Below, piece after piece: positions 1 to 11,432 of a DNA stretch of 64,000 bases. This DNA comes from Chiloscyllium plagiosum (lineage: Eukaryota): assembly GCF_004010195.1 (NCBI RefSeq), contig NC_057719.1:42307820-42371819 (forward strand), written 5' to 3'. The notes below the pieces were generated by a model. The model saw only the letters and a program-made list of their open reading frames with translations, searched no databases and was not told where the DNA came from. Each line of letters begins with the position of its first letter. Positions within the stretch are counted from its first letter, which is position 1. The position numbers were made by a program, and so were the translations under genes.

Positions 1-36
1 CATCTAATACTTAAAATTGGAAACTTTCTCAACTAT
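1..36 (+). CDS. INF2: INF2-like formin, partial FH2 exon (HLILKIGNFLNY)
   Basis: Frame 1 reads HLILKIGNFLNY, the formin FH2 GNFLN motif; GT donor at 37 (gtatgt). Confidence 0.8.
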
Positions 37-298
37 GTATGTATACTGCCTAAATGTTGCAACATGCGTTCATTTTTGTGGTACTTTTCAAGACACTTTT
101 TCAGAATGACAAATCAAATGTATTAACTCATCAGATAATGTACAGTGAACATTACTGCTTAAATTGGACAATGCTATTAAAGTTGGATTTTCTATCTATT
201 TACAGAAAATCAAACAATTTTTAGCTTTCAAAATTGATAACCAATCAATTAAAAAAAGACACTAGTGCTGAAATTCCCAACATTTGTATTGCTTTTAG

Positions 299-1075
299 AT
301 CATAAGATGTAGGAACAGAAGTAGGCCATCAGCCAATGAATCTCAACTTCACTTTCCTGTCTTAACTTCATAATCTTTGTTCCCTTATTGATTAAAAAAT
401 CCATCCAACGCAGCCTTGAATATACCCATGGTAGAGATGTTGGTGTTGGACTGGGGTGGAAAAAGTTAAAAATCACACAAAACCAGGATATAGTTCAACA
501 GGTTTATTTGAAAGTACTTGTGCTTGTACTTGAAAGCTTGTACTTTCAAATAAACCTGTTGGACTATAATCTGGTATTGGGTGATTTTTAACTTTGAATA
601 TACTCAGCAACACATCTTGACAGCCCTCTGCAATAAACATTTCCACTGATTCACCACACTGAGAGAAAGAAAATCCTTCTCGTCTCTGCCTTAAATGCAT
701 GACTCCTTATTCTGAGATTACACCATCTGGTCCCAGACTTTCCCACAAAGGGAAACAATATTTCCACATCTACCCTGTTAAGACCCTGAAAAATATGCTC
801 CAATAATGTCTCCTGTCATTCTTCTAAGCTCCAGTGAATACTAGCCCAGCCTACTCAACCTCTCCTTGTATGAAAATCCCGCCATGCCCTGGATCAACTT
901 AATAAGCTTTCTCAGGTCTGCTTCCAATACATAATTTTTCCTTACATAGCCACATGAAAACTATTCGCAATATTCCAGGTATGATTTGACTAATGTCTTG
1001 TATAGTTTAAGGAAGATTTCCCTATTTTTGTAATCTACTTTCTTTGACATAAAGGTTAACAATCTATTCCCTTCT
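299..1075 (-). mobile_element. CR1-type LINE 3' fragment, degraded
   Basis: Reverse-complement CR1 RT C-terminus and 3' tail; interrupted by the 426-593 element. Confidence 0.65.
426..593. mobile_element. Palindromic mini-element (family 2), HHR centre mostly deleted
   Basis: Inverted arms about 461-517 and 540-595; 10-bp TSD ttgaatatac at 416-425 and 594-603; homologous to 32043-32250. Confidence 0.8.
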
Positions 1076-2225
1076 CTAAGGAGTGAAAGCATGAAAATGT
1101 CATTGAGGTGGGGACTGAAGCATGATTACATTGAATGGTGGAGCAGGTTCAGACAGTCAAATGGAGTACTCCTGTGCCAAGTTTTTGTTTAAGTGTTTGT
1201 TTCTATCTCTGCTGCTTGTTACTCCCTCAAAGAATTCTCATGGATTTGTCAGGCATGATTTCTTGTTCATGAAGCCACGCTGACTCTGCTTGATTATGTT
1301 ATGTATTTCAAAATGTTCTTGTACTAAATGCTTTAGAATAGATTCTAACATCTTTCCAACATTTTGAATAAGGGTGTTACATTAGTAGTTTTCCAATCCT
1401 TTTGGAGTTGTCCAGAATCAAAGGATTCTTGGAAGATTGCTGACAGTGCATCCACTATCTCTGAAGCGACTTCATTTAAAATCCAAGGATATGTAAGTGT
1501 GTAGTGACCAGACCAAAAAAAAACTAAAGGATACAAAAGTATGTAGGGAGCAAACCCGAAGAGTGAGTTCCACCAGTGTGCATTTAGGCAATTACTCTAA
1601 ATTTCCCATGGACCTGAAATGGCAAATCATTTCCAGCTTGATAAAATTTTTTAAAAACTTAAAACGTCCCACATATACAGGCGACTCAAATAAGTTCATC
1701 CCTTTTAAGATTCTACCTTAATTAAACATAATATTTATTGAAGAAAATATTTATATTTGGATTCTTTTGGTTGAATTAGATTATTTTTTTTGTTTGCAGA
1801 TAAAAACTGCATTTGCAGCTATGTGTAATGATTCAAACGAGCTGGAGCAGAAATTTGGGACAATCAGCATGTTACCCTGGAGAAGCTACAAATGTGCTGA
1901 TCATTGAACTTGTGTCTTGTTGCAATAATATACATTACACAAGACTATATAAAAACATGACAAAGATACTTTTTCTCTAAAATATTACAAATTTACTGAA
2001 TCATGCGAGTTAAAAAAGGGGAAAAAAGTTATGTATTTAGAGAGTATTTTTCACAACCTCAGGAAATCCCAAAGGACTTTACAGCCAATGAAACAATTTT
2101 GAATTATAGCCAATGTTATAATGTAGGAGACATAAAGTGGAATGTTTTTATATGGTTATTACTGGAACGTTGTAAAACGCAGCATACATTATTAGGTAAT
2201 GCAAGACACCTTTTTCTGGTTTCAG

Positions 2226-2333
2226 GGTAGTGCCATAGGAAATGCAAATGGATTCAAAATAAATAGTTTGGTTAAACTCAAAGAGACAAGAACAAATGAG
2301 CCACAAGTCACACTGCTACATTATGCTGCGCAG
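2226..2333 (+). CDS. INF2: INF2-like formin FH2 exon (GSAIGNANGFKINSLVKLKETRTNEPQVTLLHYAAQ)
   Basis: ttcag acceptor, gtatc donor, 108 nt, phase 0-0; formin GFK..L.KL..T.....TLLHY motif. Confidence 0.85.
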
Positions 2334-2425
2334 GTATCACAGCTTTTCACATTATGAATCAGATATGTGGTAAATGTTTTACAATTCTCAGCATTGCACA
2401 TTTCTCACTTGATTCCTCTTAACAG

Positions 2426-2496
2426 GAAATTGAAAAATCTTATTCAGATCTTCTAAATCTTCCTGATGACCTCCAATCAATATCTGAAGCAGCAAG
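2426..2496 (+). CDS. INF2: INF2-like formin FH2 exon (EIEKSYSDLLNLPDDLQSISEAA)
   Basis: aacag acceptor, gtatg donor, 71 nt; resembles INF2 EAEKSHPDLLQLPRDL as I recall it; phase matches both neighbours. Confidence 0.85.
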
Positions 2497-2847
2497 GTAT
2501 GAATTCTAACGTTACATTTTGCATACAGCCAATAATCACATTAAAATCCACTTAGGTTTTGTTTAAACTATGTGGTAGTAGTGAGCATTACAGATACAAC
2601 CATAACAGTCCTAAAACTCAAATTTAAGACATGCAATCTATGGATAAGGCGGTATTTTCTTTCAAATCTAAATTCTACCCTCCCCTCAACTCTTTCCCAA
2701 AGATCATACATTCTTTTCCACACAGTTAATCTATTGGTAATATATCTGGCAATGTCATTCCACATTACTAGCTACTCCTCTTCCACTGCCTAGGTCTAAA
2801 CATCTTATCAGTTGTACTAAATTGATTCTAGCCATATAAGATTATCA

Positions 2848-4897
2848 GATTCTGGATCAGTGGTGCTGGAAGAGCACAGCAATTCAGGCAGCATCCAACG
2901 AGCAGCGAAATCGACGTTTCGGGCAAAAGCCCTTCATCAGGGATAAAGGCAGAGAGCCTGAAGCGTGGAGAGATAAGCTAGAGGAGGGTGGGGATGGGGA
3001 GAGAGTAGCATAGAGTACAATAGGTGAGTGGGGGAGGAGATGAAGGTGATAGGTCAGGGAGGAGAGGGTGGAGTGGATAGGTGGAAAAGGAGCTAGGCAG
3101 GTCGGACAAGTCCGGACAAGTCAAGGGGACAGTGCGGAGCTGGAANNNNNNNNNNNNNNNNNNNNNNNNNNNNNNNNNNNNNNNNNNNNNNNNNNNNNNN
3201 NNNNNNNNNNNNNNNNNNNNNNNNNNNNNNNNNNNNNNNNNNNNNNNNNNNNNNNNNNNNNNNNNNNNNNNNNNNNNNNNNNNNNNNNNNNNNNNNNNNN
3301 NNNNNNNNNNNNNNNNNNNNNNNNNNNNNNNNNNNNNNNNNNNNNNNNNNNNNNNNNNNNNNNNNNNNNNNNNNNNNNNNNNNNNNNNNNNNNNNNNNNN
3401 NNNNNNNNNNNNNNNNNNNNNNNNNNNNNNNNNNNNNNNNNNNNNNNNNNNNNNNNNNNNNNNNNNNNNNNNNNNNNNNNNNNNNNNNNNNNNNNNNNNN
3501 NNNNNNNNNNNNNNNNNNNNNNNNNNNNNNNNNNNNNNNNNNNNNNNNNNNNNNNNNNNNNNNNNNNNNNNNNNNNNNNNNNNNNNNNNNNNNNNNNNNN
3601 NNNNNNNNNNNNNNNNNNNNNNNNNNNNNNNNNNNNNNNNNNNNNNNNNNNNNNNNNNNNNNNNNNNNNNNNNNNNNNNNNNNNNNNNNNNNNNNNNNNN
3701 NNNNNNNNNNNNNNNNNNNNNNNNNNNNNNNNNNNGTTCTGTCCTTGTTGTGGTTGGAGGGGTGGGGTCTGAGGGCGGAGGTGCGGGATGTGGACGAGAT
3801 GCTTGGAGGGCATCTTTAACTACGTGGGAAGGGAAATTGCGATCTCTAAAGAAGGAGGCCATCTGGTGTGTTTTGTGGTTGAACTGGTCCTCCTGGGAGC
3901 AGATACGGCGAAGGCGGAGGAATTGGGAATACGGGATGGCATTTTTGTAAGAAATAGGATGGGAAGAGGTGTAATCCAGGTAGCTGTGGGAGTCGGTGGG
4001 TTTGTAGAAAATGTCAGTGTCAAGTCGGTCGTCACTGATGGAGATGGAGAGGTCCAGGAAGGGGAGGGAGGTGTCAGAGATGGTCCAGGTAAATTTAAGG
4101 TCAGGGTGGAATGTGCTGGTGAAGTTGATGAATTGCTCAACCTCCTCGCAGGAGCACGAGATGGCGCCAATGCAGTCTTCAATGTAGCGGAGGAAGAGGT
4201 GGGGAGTGATGACGGTGTAATTACGGAAGATCAACTGTTCTACGTAGCCAACAAAGAGACAAGCATTGCTGGGGCCCATATGTGTGCCCATGGCTACCCC
4301 TTTGGTCTGGAGGAAGTGGGAGGATTCAAAGGAGAAATTGTTAAGGGTGAGGACCAGTTCGGCCAAACGAATGAGAGTGTCGGTGGAAGGGTACCGTTGG
4401 GGACATCTGGAGAGGAAAAAACAGAGGGCTTGGAGGCCCTGGTCATGGCGGATGGAAGTGTAGATGGAATGGATATCCATGGTGAAGATGAGGCGTTGGG
4501 GACTGGGGAAACGGAAGTCTTCGAGGAGGTGGAAGGCGTGGGTGGTGTCTCGAACATATGTGGGGAGTTCCTGGACTAGGGGGGATAGGACAGTGTCAAG
4601 GTAGGTAGAGATGAGTTCAGAGGGGCAGGAGCATGCTGAGACAATGGGTCAGCCAGGGTGGTCAGGCTTGTGGATCTTGGGAAGGAGGTAGAACCGGGCA
4701 GTGCGGGGTTCCCGGACTATGAGGTTGGAAGCTGTGGGTGGGAGATCTCCTGAGGTGATGAGGTTCTGAATGGTCTGGGAGATGATGGTTTGGTGATGGG
4801 GGGTGGGGTCATGGTTGAGGGGGCAGTAGGAAGAGGTGTCCTTGAGTTGGCGTTTGGCTTCAGCGGTGTAGAGGTCAGTGCGCCAGACTGACCTCAT
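2848..4897 (-). mobile_element. Penelope-like retroelement (5'-truncated), RT plus terminal repeat, with internal gap
   Basis: PLE RT motifs (RFYLLPKIHK, KGVAMGT.MGPS, FLRYIED, FYKPTDSHSYLDY.SSHP); 14-bp TSD atataagattatca at 2834-2847 and 4898-4911. Confidence 0.9.
2913..2940 (-). ncRNA. Minimal hammerhead ribozyme motif (family 1)
   Basis: Minus strand CUGAUGA-A-GGGC UUUU GCCC-GAAAC-GUC. Confidence 0.7.
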
Positions 4898-4925
4898 ATA
4901 TAAGATTATCACAGAGTACAACACA

Positions 4926-5715
4926 ACCTTGATCAGATGGGCAAATGGGCCAAGGTAGCAGATTTAGTTTAGATAAATATGAGGTGTTGCATTTTGGTAA
5001 AGCCAACCAAGTCAGAGCTTATACAGTTAATGGTACAGTCTTGGGGAATGTTGCTGAACAAAGACACCTAGGAGTGTAGATGTAGAGTTCCTTGAAAGTG
5101 GAGTGTTAGCACACGTCCTTTCATTAGTCAGAACATTGAGAATAGGAGTAGGGACATCATGTTGCAGCTCTGCAGGACATTGGTTGGGTTGCTTTTAGAA
5201 TATTGGGTACAGTTCTGGTTGCTCTTCCAAAGGAAGGATGTTTTTAAATTTGAGAGATGTCAGAAAAAATTTACAAGGATATTGCCAGGTCTGGAGCATT
5301 TGAGCTCCAGGGAGAGGCTGAATAGTTTGGGGCTTTTTGTTTCCCTGAAGCATTGGAGGCTGAGGTGTGACCTTATGGAGGTTTATAAAAATCATCAGGG
5401 GCATAGATAGGGTGAAAAGCTAGGGTCTTTTTCCTAGTGTTGGGGAGTCCAAAACCAAAGGACATGAAGATTTTGAAAGGATCTGAGGGGTAACGTTTTC
5501 AGCAGAGGATGGTATGTGTATGGAACAAGCTGCCAGAGAAAGTGGTGGATGCTGGTACAATTACTTCTAAAAGGCATCTGAGTGGGTATATGAATAGGAA
5601 AGGTTTGGATGGATATGGGCCAAATGCTAGCAAAAGGCACTAGGTCACTTTGGGATATCTGGTTGGCATGAATGAGTTGGACCAAAGGGTCAGTTTCTTT
5701 GCTGTATGACTCTGT
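4926..5715 (+). mobile_element. CR1-type LINE 3' fragment
   Basis: LEYWVQFW...ERLNSLGLF...RLRCDLMEVYK; tail ctgtatgactct. Confidence 0.85.
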
Positions 5716-6209
5716 AGTATCTGTGTTAAAGCCTGTCAGTCTGTTAATGAATCTGCAAATTTTTCCATTTCTTCACAAAATTTTCCAATGGTATAGCATG
5801 GAGGTACTGCAACAACCAGCCACCAGGATATGTATCAGTGCAACTCAGGATATTTTTCCATCCCTCCCTTTGAAGAAATATTTGGTTTCCAGAAAGTACA
5901 GCTAAAATTTTAATACCAATAACTTACCAGAAGAAAATCATGGGTGTAAGTCCAGGCCTATTATCTCATGGGACAAAGTGCTGTAGCTTCCTGCAATTTA
6001 ACAAAATTTCAAATATGAAACAGATCTTTAAATATTCCAGCAGTATTTCTGTTCACACTAAAATAATTGAAGATTACACTTGTATTTTGTAATTTTGTAA
6101 CAGGAAACTTGCAGACTTGTGTTATTTTTGTTGATTCCTCCATGCACAAAAGATGTGATTGACTCAGTATAGAGAACTCTTTAAAATATATGACTTGATT
6201 TATCTGCAG

Positions 6210-6330
6210 TATTAAAATTGACTCAATCCAGTCTGAAGTAAGCAGCCTTTCACACAACTTAAAGAAGATCAGTGATGACATTGAGTCATCCATAGATGAC
6301 ATAAAATTACAATTCAGAAATCCAATTCAG
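6210..6330 (+). CDS. INF2: INF2-like formin exon (IKIDSIQSEVSSLSHNLKKISDDIESSIDDIKLQFRNPIQ)
   Basis: ctgcag acceptor, gtaag donor, 121 nt, phase 2-0, in frame with the previous exon. Confidence 0.8.
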
Positions 6331-6410
6331 GTAAGCAAATATCCAATGCTAAGTTGACTTCCTCAAAATTGCAATTGTAGCATCCACTATTAACAAGAAT
6401 TAATTGGCAG

Positions 6411-6575
6411 CAAGGTCTCACTGCATCTGAAGAGCTCGAGGATCTTCTGAAATCTATAGAGTGCAAAAGAAAGGAGTTGGCTCAATATTTCTGTGAAAAT
6501 GAAAACAAGTTTTCATTGGATGAATTGTTTGTCACAATCAAAACATTCAGAGAACTGTTCTTGCAAGTGATAAAG
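6411..6575 (+). CDS. INF2: INF2-like formin exon, FH2 C-terminal helix (QGLTASEELEDLLKSIECKRKELAQYFCENENKFSLDELFVTIKTFRELFLQVIK)
   Basis: 165 nt open exon with AG/GT boundaries; LA.YFCE....SL.E.F..I..FR.LF formin pattern. Confidence 0.88.
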
Positions 6576-6687
6576 GTAATATGTAAGCACAATTTTAATA
6601 CGCTGCCACAAAAGTCATTATCTGACTTCTTGCCTTAGAACTATTCCCTTACCAGACTCATGTAATTCTTTATGATTCTGAACATAG

Positions 6688-6775
6688 GATAATAATGAAC
6701 AAAAACAAAAGATGGCAAAATTAAAGACAAGAGAGCAAGAAGCAAACAAAAACAATGAACCAAATGAATGTCACA
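6688..6775 (+). CDS. INF2: INF2-like formin exon, post-FH2 charged segment (DNNEQKQKMAKLKTREQEANKNNEPNECH)
   Basis: catag acceptor, gtaag donor, 88 nt, phase 0-1. Confidence 0.75.
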
Positions 6776-7018
6776 GTAAGTTTGGAGTCAGTAGAATTAG
6801 CTTTGTATTATCAAAATGTTTGATAGATAGAGGGATATGTTTATTCTGGAAAAAATATCTTAGCTGGCTCAAAATAAATATAAACCATTGTTTCTGACTG
6901 ATTAAGAGCTTTTAATAGCTTTTATTACCCCTTTGTAAGACTGCCAAAATAAGGAAAGAAAAAGCATGATCCACATCTGTGACTTTGATGCAATGAAGTG
7001 TTCCTGTTTAGATAATGA

Positions 7019-7365
7019 CTTAGAACATCCAACATTACAGTGCAGTACAAGCCCTTTGGCCCTCAATGTTGTACCGACCTATGAGACTAATCTGAAGCCC
7101 ATCTATCATATACTATTCCATTCTCACCCATATGTCTATCCAATGACCAATTAAATGCCCTTAAAGTTGGCAAATCTACTACCGTTGCAGGCAGTGCATT
7201 CCACACCCCTACTATTGTACTTTCAGTTAAGAAATTACCTTTGATTTCTGTCCTATATCTATCACCCCTCCATTTAAAGCTATATCCCCTCATGCTAGCC
7301 ATCGCCATCCAAGGAAAAAGGCTCTCACTGTCCACCCTGTCTAACTCTCTGATTATCTTATACAT
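7019..7365 (-). mobile_element. CR1-type LINE 3' end
   Basis: MYKIIRELDRVDSESLFP...VWNALP. Confidence 0.8.
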
Positions 7366-8516
7366 GCAGTATCAGTTGACATGGATACCAGCGCTAGCTA
7401 TTGAGCAGATACAGTTTACTTTAGGGTGGAAGGAATGGGTAAGGCGTTGCATAGAACAGAAGTGCAAAGACTTTCTAGATGAACTATTTTCAATAAGTTG
7501 TTGCCAAATCTGTAGCTACAGATAAATGTTGCAAATCTCCTGCCTTCTTACCATCTTCTAAATGATCAATGTTCTCCGCTTCAGCATAGCAAAAGTCTTT
7601 ATCCTTGGTGAATAGTATCCTTCCCATGTTATCCCCATTGTAAAACCAAGTTATGCAATAATTAGCACACCACCATTATACAAGGTGAGTTTTGTGAATT
7701 ATATTAGAGAAAGACACCAGACCAGTATAAATGTTAGATATTTTGTCAATTTGGATCTTCTTGTCACATGTACTGAAGTACAGAAGTACAGGAGTACAGT
7801 GAAAAGTGTATAAGGTTGCCACACACAGTGCTATCTTCGGTGCAAAGGTACCTAGTTATAGAAAACTTAGATACAAAGTAGTAAAAGAAATAAATTTTAA
7901 AAAGTTAAGCATTACATCCATAGATTAAGTAGAAAAATAAGGTAATAGTTAACATTAAAGTACGTCTTTACATAAGTGAGAAAAATAAAGGAATTAAGTT
8001 AAAAGTTCAACAGTCTTTGATGAATTCTATGTTTAGATCGCTCTGCGGAAGACCTCTGCAGCTGCCTGTTCTTGAAGCTACTGCTGCAGATACCAGGGAC
8101 CTCTCTCACCACTCATTAGTACAGACAGCTGGACTGTTATTTGAGGACTTGCATGGTATACCACATGTTCCACAGCCAAAAATGTGAAGGGTACTCTTTG
8201 GTCCAATCAAGTATCTCACTTGCTGTGCTTAGTCTTATGGACACATTTGTTCTTTTAACAGAAAATCCTCTTATGAATTTCATGGCAGTAATACTTACCA
8301 GTTCAGCCTCTGGTTGTTAAACAACACAAAACACCATAATAATTTTTACTCAGGAAAATATTTTTAATATTTGGATGGTACTTATTGTTTCATTCTTGCT
8401 TTTTACAACCACAATACTCGAACCCTAAGACAAAGCCTAAAATTAATCATGTGATTTAACTTGTAAAGCTTTTTAATAATTTATACTTTCTTTTCTTTCC
8501 TTTCACAAATCATCAG

Positions 8517-8666
8517 CAAAACAAGTGATGAACAATATTGTTGAGAAACTTCTATTTAACATAAAGAAAGGTTTTCATCAGAAAAGTAATTCTGTAAACA
8601 AATGTACAACAGAATTTGCCCCAGACCCTCCAGCTACTGAAATATTGGAAGATCAAGTAGAAATTG
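8517..8666 (+). CDS. INF2: INF2-like formin exon with DAD/WH2-like motif (NNIVEKLLFNIKKGFHQKS)
   Basis: Polypyrimidine tract + cag acceptor, gtaag donor, 150 nt, phase 1-1; resembles INF2 DAD VIDALLADIRKGFQLRK. Confidence 0.78.
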
Positions 8667-9172
8667 GTAAGAATCTCTCAAAGTATTTTCTCCCATATCA
8701 TTGCAAACAGATACAGAATAATCCATAAGGAACTGTTTTCCAATGTCACACCTAATTAACTGCTCTACTGGTTTCCCAAAGGAATTCCCCTTCAAACCTG
8801 TTCTCAAACAACTGTCTAAGAAGATAATATTATAGATTGTACCCATGAAAAATGAGAAAAATACAAAATATCTGCTTTTTTGACCCTCCTGGTAGTATTG
8901 TTAAGATCAGAGAATATGTGTGTAATTCCTACCTGCAGCCCTCACTTACATTTGATGGATTTTAATAACGGGAAAAGCAACACAAGCCATCAGTTGGAGA
9001 GTTAGTGGCAAACATTCAGCAGACATTCTTGGAGCCGCAATGGATTTAAATCCCAATCAGACACAATCCTACCTGCCAGCAGTGTTCCCAGGCCTATGGG
9101 GAGGAAAATCTATCTCTAATTGGTGCTAGCCAATTATAAGATCAATCTCAGCATTGCTACTGGGGTTGGTGA

Positions 9173-9689
9173 CCGCAGAAACTGTAAAACCTGTGCCCAC
9201 ACCTCCTTCCTCACCTCTATCCAAGGCCCTAAAGGAGCCTTCCACATCGATCAAAGTTTTACCTGCGCATCCACTAATATCATTTATTGTATCTGTTGCT
9301 CCCGATGCGGTCTCCTCTCCATTGGGGAGACTGGGCGCCTCCTAGCAGAGCGCTTTAGGGAACATCTCCGAGACACCCCCACCAATCAACCACACCGCCC
9401 CGTGGCCCANNNNNNNNNNNNNNNNNNNNNNNNNNNNNNNNNNNNNNNNNNNNNNNNNNNNNNNNNNNNNNNNNNNNNNNNNNNNNNNNNNNNNNNNNNN
9501 NNNNNNNNNNNNNNNNNNNNNNNNNNNNNNNNNNNNNNNNNNNNNNNNNNNNNNNNNNNNNCTGATGAAGGGCTTTTGCCCGAAACGTCGATTTCGCTGC
9601 TCGTTGGATGCTGCCTGAACTGCTGTGCTCTTCCAGCGCCACTGATCCAGAATCTGGTTTCCAGCATCTGCAGTCATTGTTTTACCACC
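9173..9689 (+). mobile_element. Penelope-like 3' fragment (GIY-YIG endonuclease + terminal repeat), gap inside
   Basis: RRNCKTCAH...NIIYCICCSRCGLLSIGETGR..AERFREH; terminal ~90 bp nearly identical to the reverse complement of 2848-2940; possible 7-bp TSD ttggtga. Confidence 0.88.
9562..9589 (+). ncRNA. Minimal hammerhead ribozyme motif (family 1)
   Basis: CUGAUGA-A-GGGC UUUU GCCC-GAAAC-GUC; the 5' arm of stem I is hidden in the gap. Confidence 0.65.
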
Positions 9690-10227
9690 TTGGTGATCAT
9701 TACTAAGAGTGCAGGAAGCCTCAGATGGTGAAAAGTGCTAGGGACGTGGAGAAGAAAGGGTATCTGGCGCTGGAAAAGTGAGCAAGAACATACAATTCAT
9801 GAGACAGGAGTATACATTTCCCTCTGCATTTCTCCTAAACAAGGCCCTTAAAACAGGTTCAGAAAGAAGAGTTGCTCGACATTCTAAGATCACTATTCCT
9901 GGAGTGTTAATGAAAAACTGTTTGCTGTGGGATGGTTTTCAACAGCTGAAGTAAATACTGAAGGCTGTTAGCTTGGTTTCAATGTAAAATAATCAAAGAT
10001 AATTTTTTGGCTTAGGAAGCCCAGAGAATGAAAGCTTTCAGGGCAGTTCAGAGAAGACCCAAAATAAAAGCAGAAAATGCTAGAGAAGTTAATGCTTTGA
10101 GTGCAATATGACAATTCTTCAGAACTGATTGTTATCCAATCTTATCATTCACATGAGGAGAACAATTGAGTTATAGGACATGCAAATTTTTTTTAAAAAG
10201 CTTTTCTGCTCTTCCCTCTATTTTTAG

Positions 10228-10269
10228 GATCTCTTGATTTAAAAGTTTTTCCTGCAAATACTTCAGGAG
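10228..10269 (+). CDS. Candidate short INF2-like exon (GSLDLKVFPANTSG)
   Basis: Strong pyrimidine tract + tag acceptor, gtatg donor, 42 nt, phase 1-1, open; no homology support. Confidence 0.5.
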
Positions 10270-10341
10270 GTATGAATATTTATTATAAACAATTGAATTC
10301 TGTGTTTCATATTTATGCATCTTGTTTTCCTTTCAAAATAG

Positions 10342-10370
10342 ATGACTGTTTTCGAACCGCAAGAAAGTAG
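10342..10370 (+). CDS. Candidate terminal coding exon A of the INF2-like gene (DDCFRTARK*)
   Basis: Pyrimidine tract + atag acceptor; phase-1 reading stops at TAG 10368-10370; donor-like aag/gtaggt after 10397. Confidence 0.3.
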
Positions 10371-11432
10371 TTTCTAAAAAGTGCTCTAAATTACAAGGTA
10401 GGTATAAAAGCTTTGGAAAACAGTAAGCTTATCTTAATTGTTCACCTAAATCAAATTATCTTAGAATTAAAAAGGAAATGGGATGTATTCCTTTGTTGGA
10501 AGGAAAGTGGTTTATAAAAGTAGAGAGGCCTTGTTACAATGTACAGAGTATGGGGGGACTTCATTCATTGTGTCGAATCTTATAGGGGTCTGACAGCAAT
10601 GTGAGCTATGGCAAGATTTGGGGCTGAAACAGACAAGAAATCCAATACTGCTAATTTTGATGTTGGGAGTGTCTTGCTCCATCTTTTATGCTTTTGACCA
10701 GCAATGTGGCAAGTTTCTGAGTAGCCAGCAGCAAGTTGCCAGTTAAGGGGAAATTATATCTTGCCAAATTCCTTGTTAATGGCCGAACTCACCTCATTAA
10801 TATTCAGCTCTTTAGCTTACCAAATGCACCAAAGAAACTGGATGTTGAGAATACTCAACATGGAAATCAGATCAGATATCTGGCAGGTTCTGACCTGAAT
10901 GTTGTTTCGGAATAATCAGTATCTCAAGACATGATCTATGGGCACTAGCCACATACAACCCTCATCTATGGACATTGGCATCTGGCATTTTCCAACCCTC
11001 ATGACCATCATTACACCTCTCTGATAGGCTTGCAAGGTGTTCAGGAGGAACAGACCTATATTGCAGGACACACCAGCAACTATCATTGAAAGGCTACTGC
11101 AGGCATCCAGCTCATGAATTGGTCTGGGCAGCATTTCAGGGCTGGTCACTTGCTCTCTTAATGCTTGCACAATTAGTTTCTCTGACATGTTTGCAGCATC
11201 CATGCCTTGCCTTATCTTGTCTTGCCGTGATTTGCTTCACCTGATAACACATTGAGATTTCAGCCAGAGATTACCAGTACTACCATATTGATTGATTTCT
11301 TGTGCAGACACAAATACAGGTCACTTACCGCACATGTCAATTGAGATCTGTCTAGCGGGGGTCAGGGAACATCTTGATGTATGTCAAGGGTGGGATCTGT
11401 CAGCCAGGGGTGCCCAGCACCAACTACCATGG

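Noticed and set aside
2978..3950. Long ORFs of 230-500 aa in the ORF track
   Set aside because: Their length comes from reading through the N gap; only the PLE RT part is real
3788..4579. 263-aa + strand ORF (similarly 12858-13586 on -)
   Set aside because: Antisense shadow frames of PLE coding sequence
10600..11430. Possible DNA-transposon remnant including ORF 10916-11203
   Set aside because: No convincing transposase motif or terminal repeats identified
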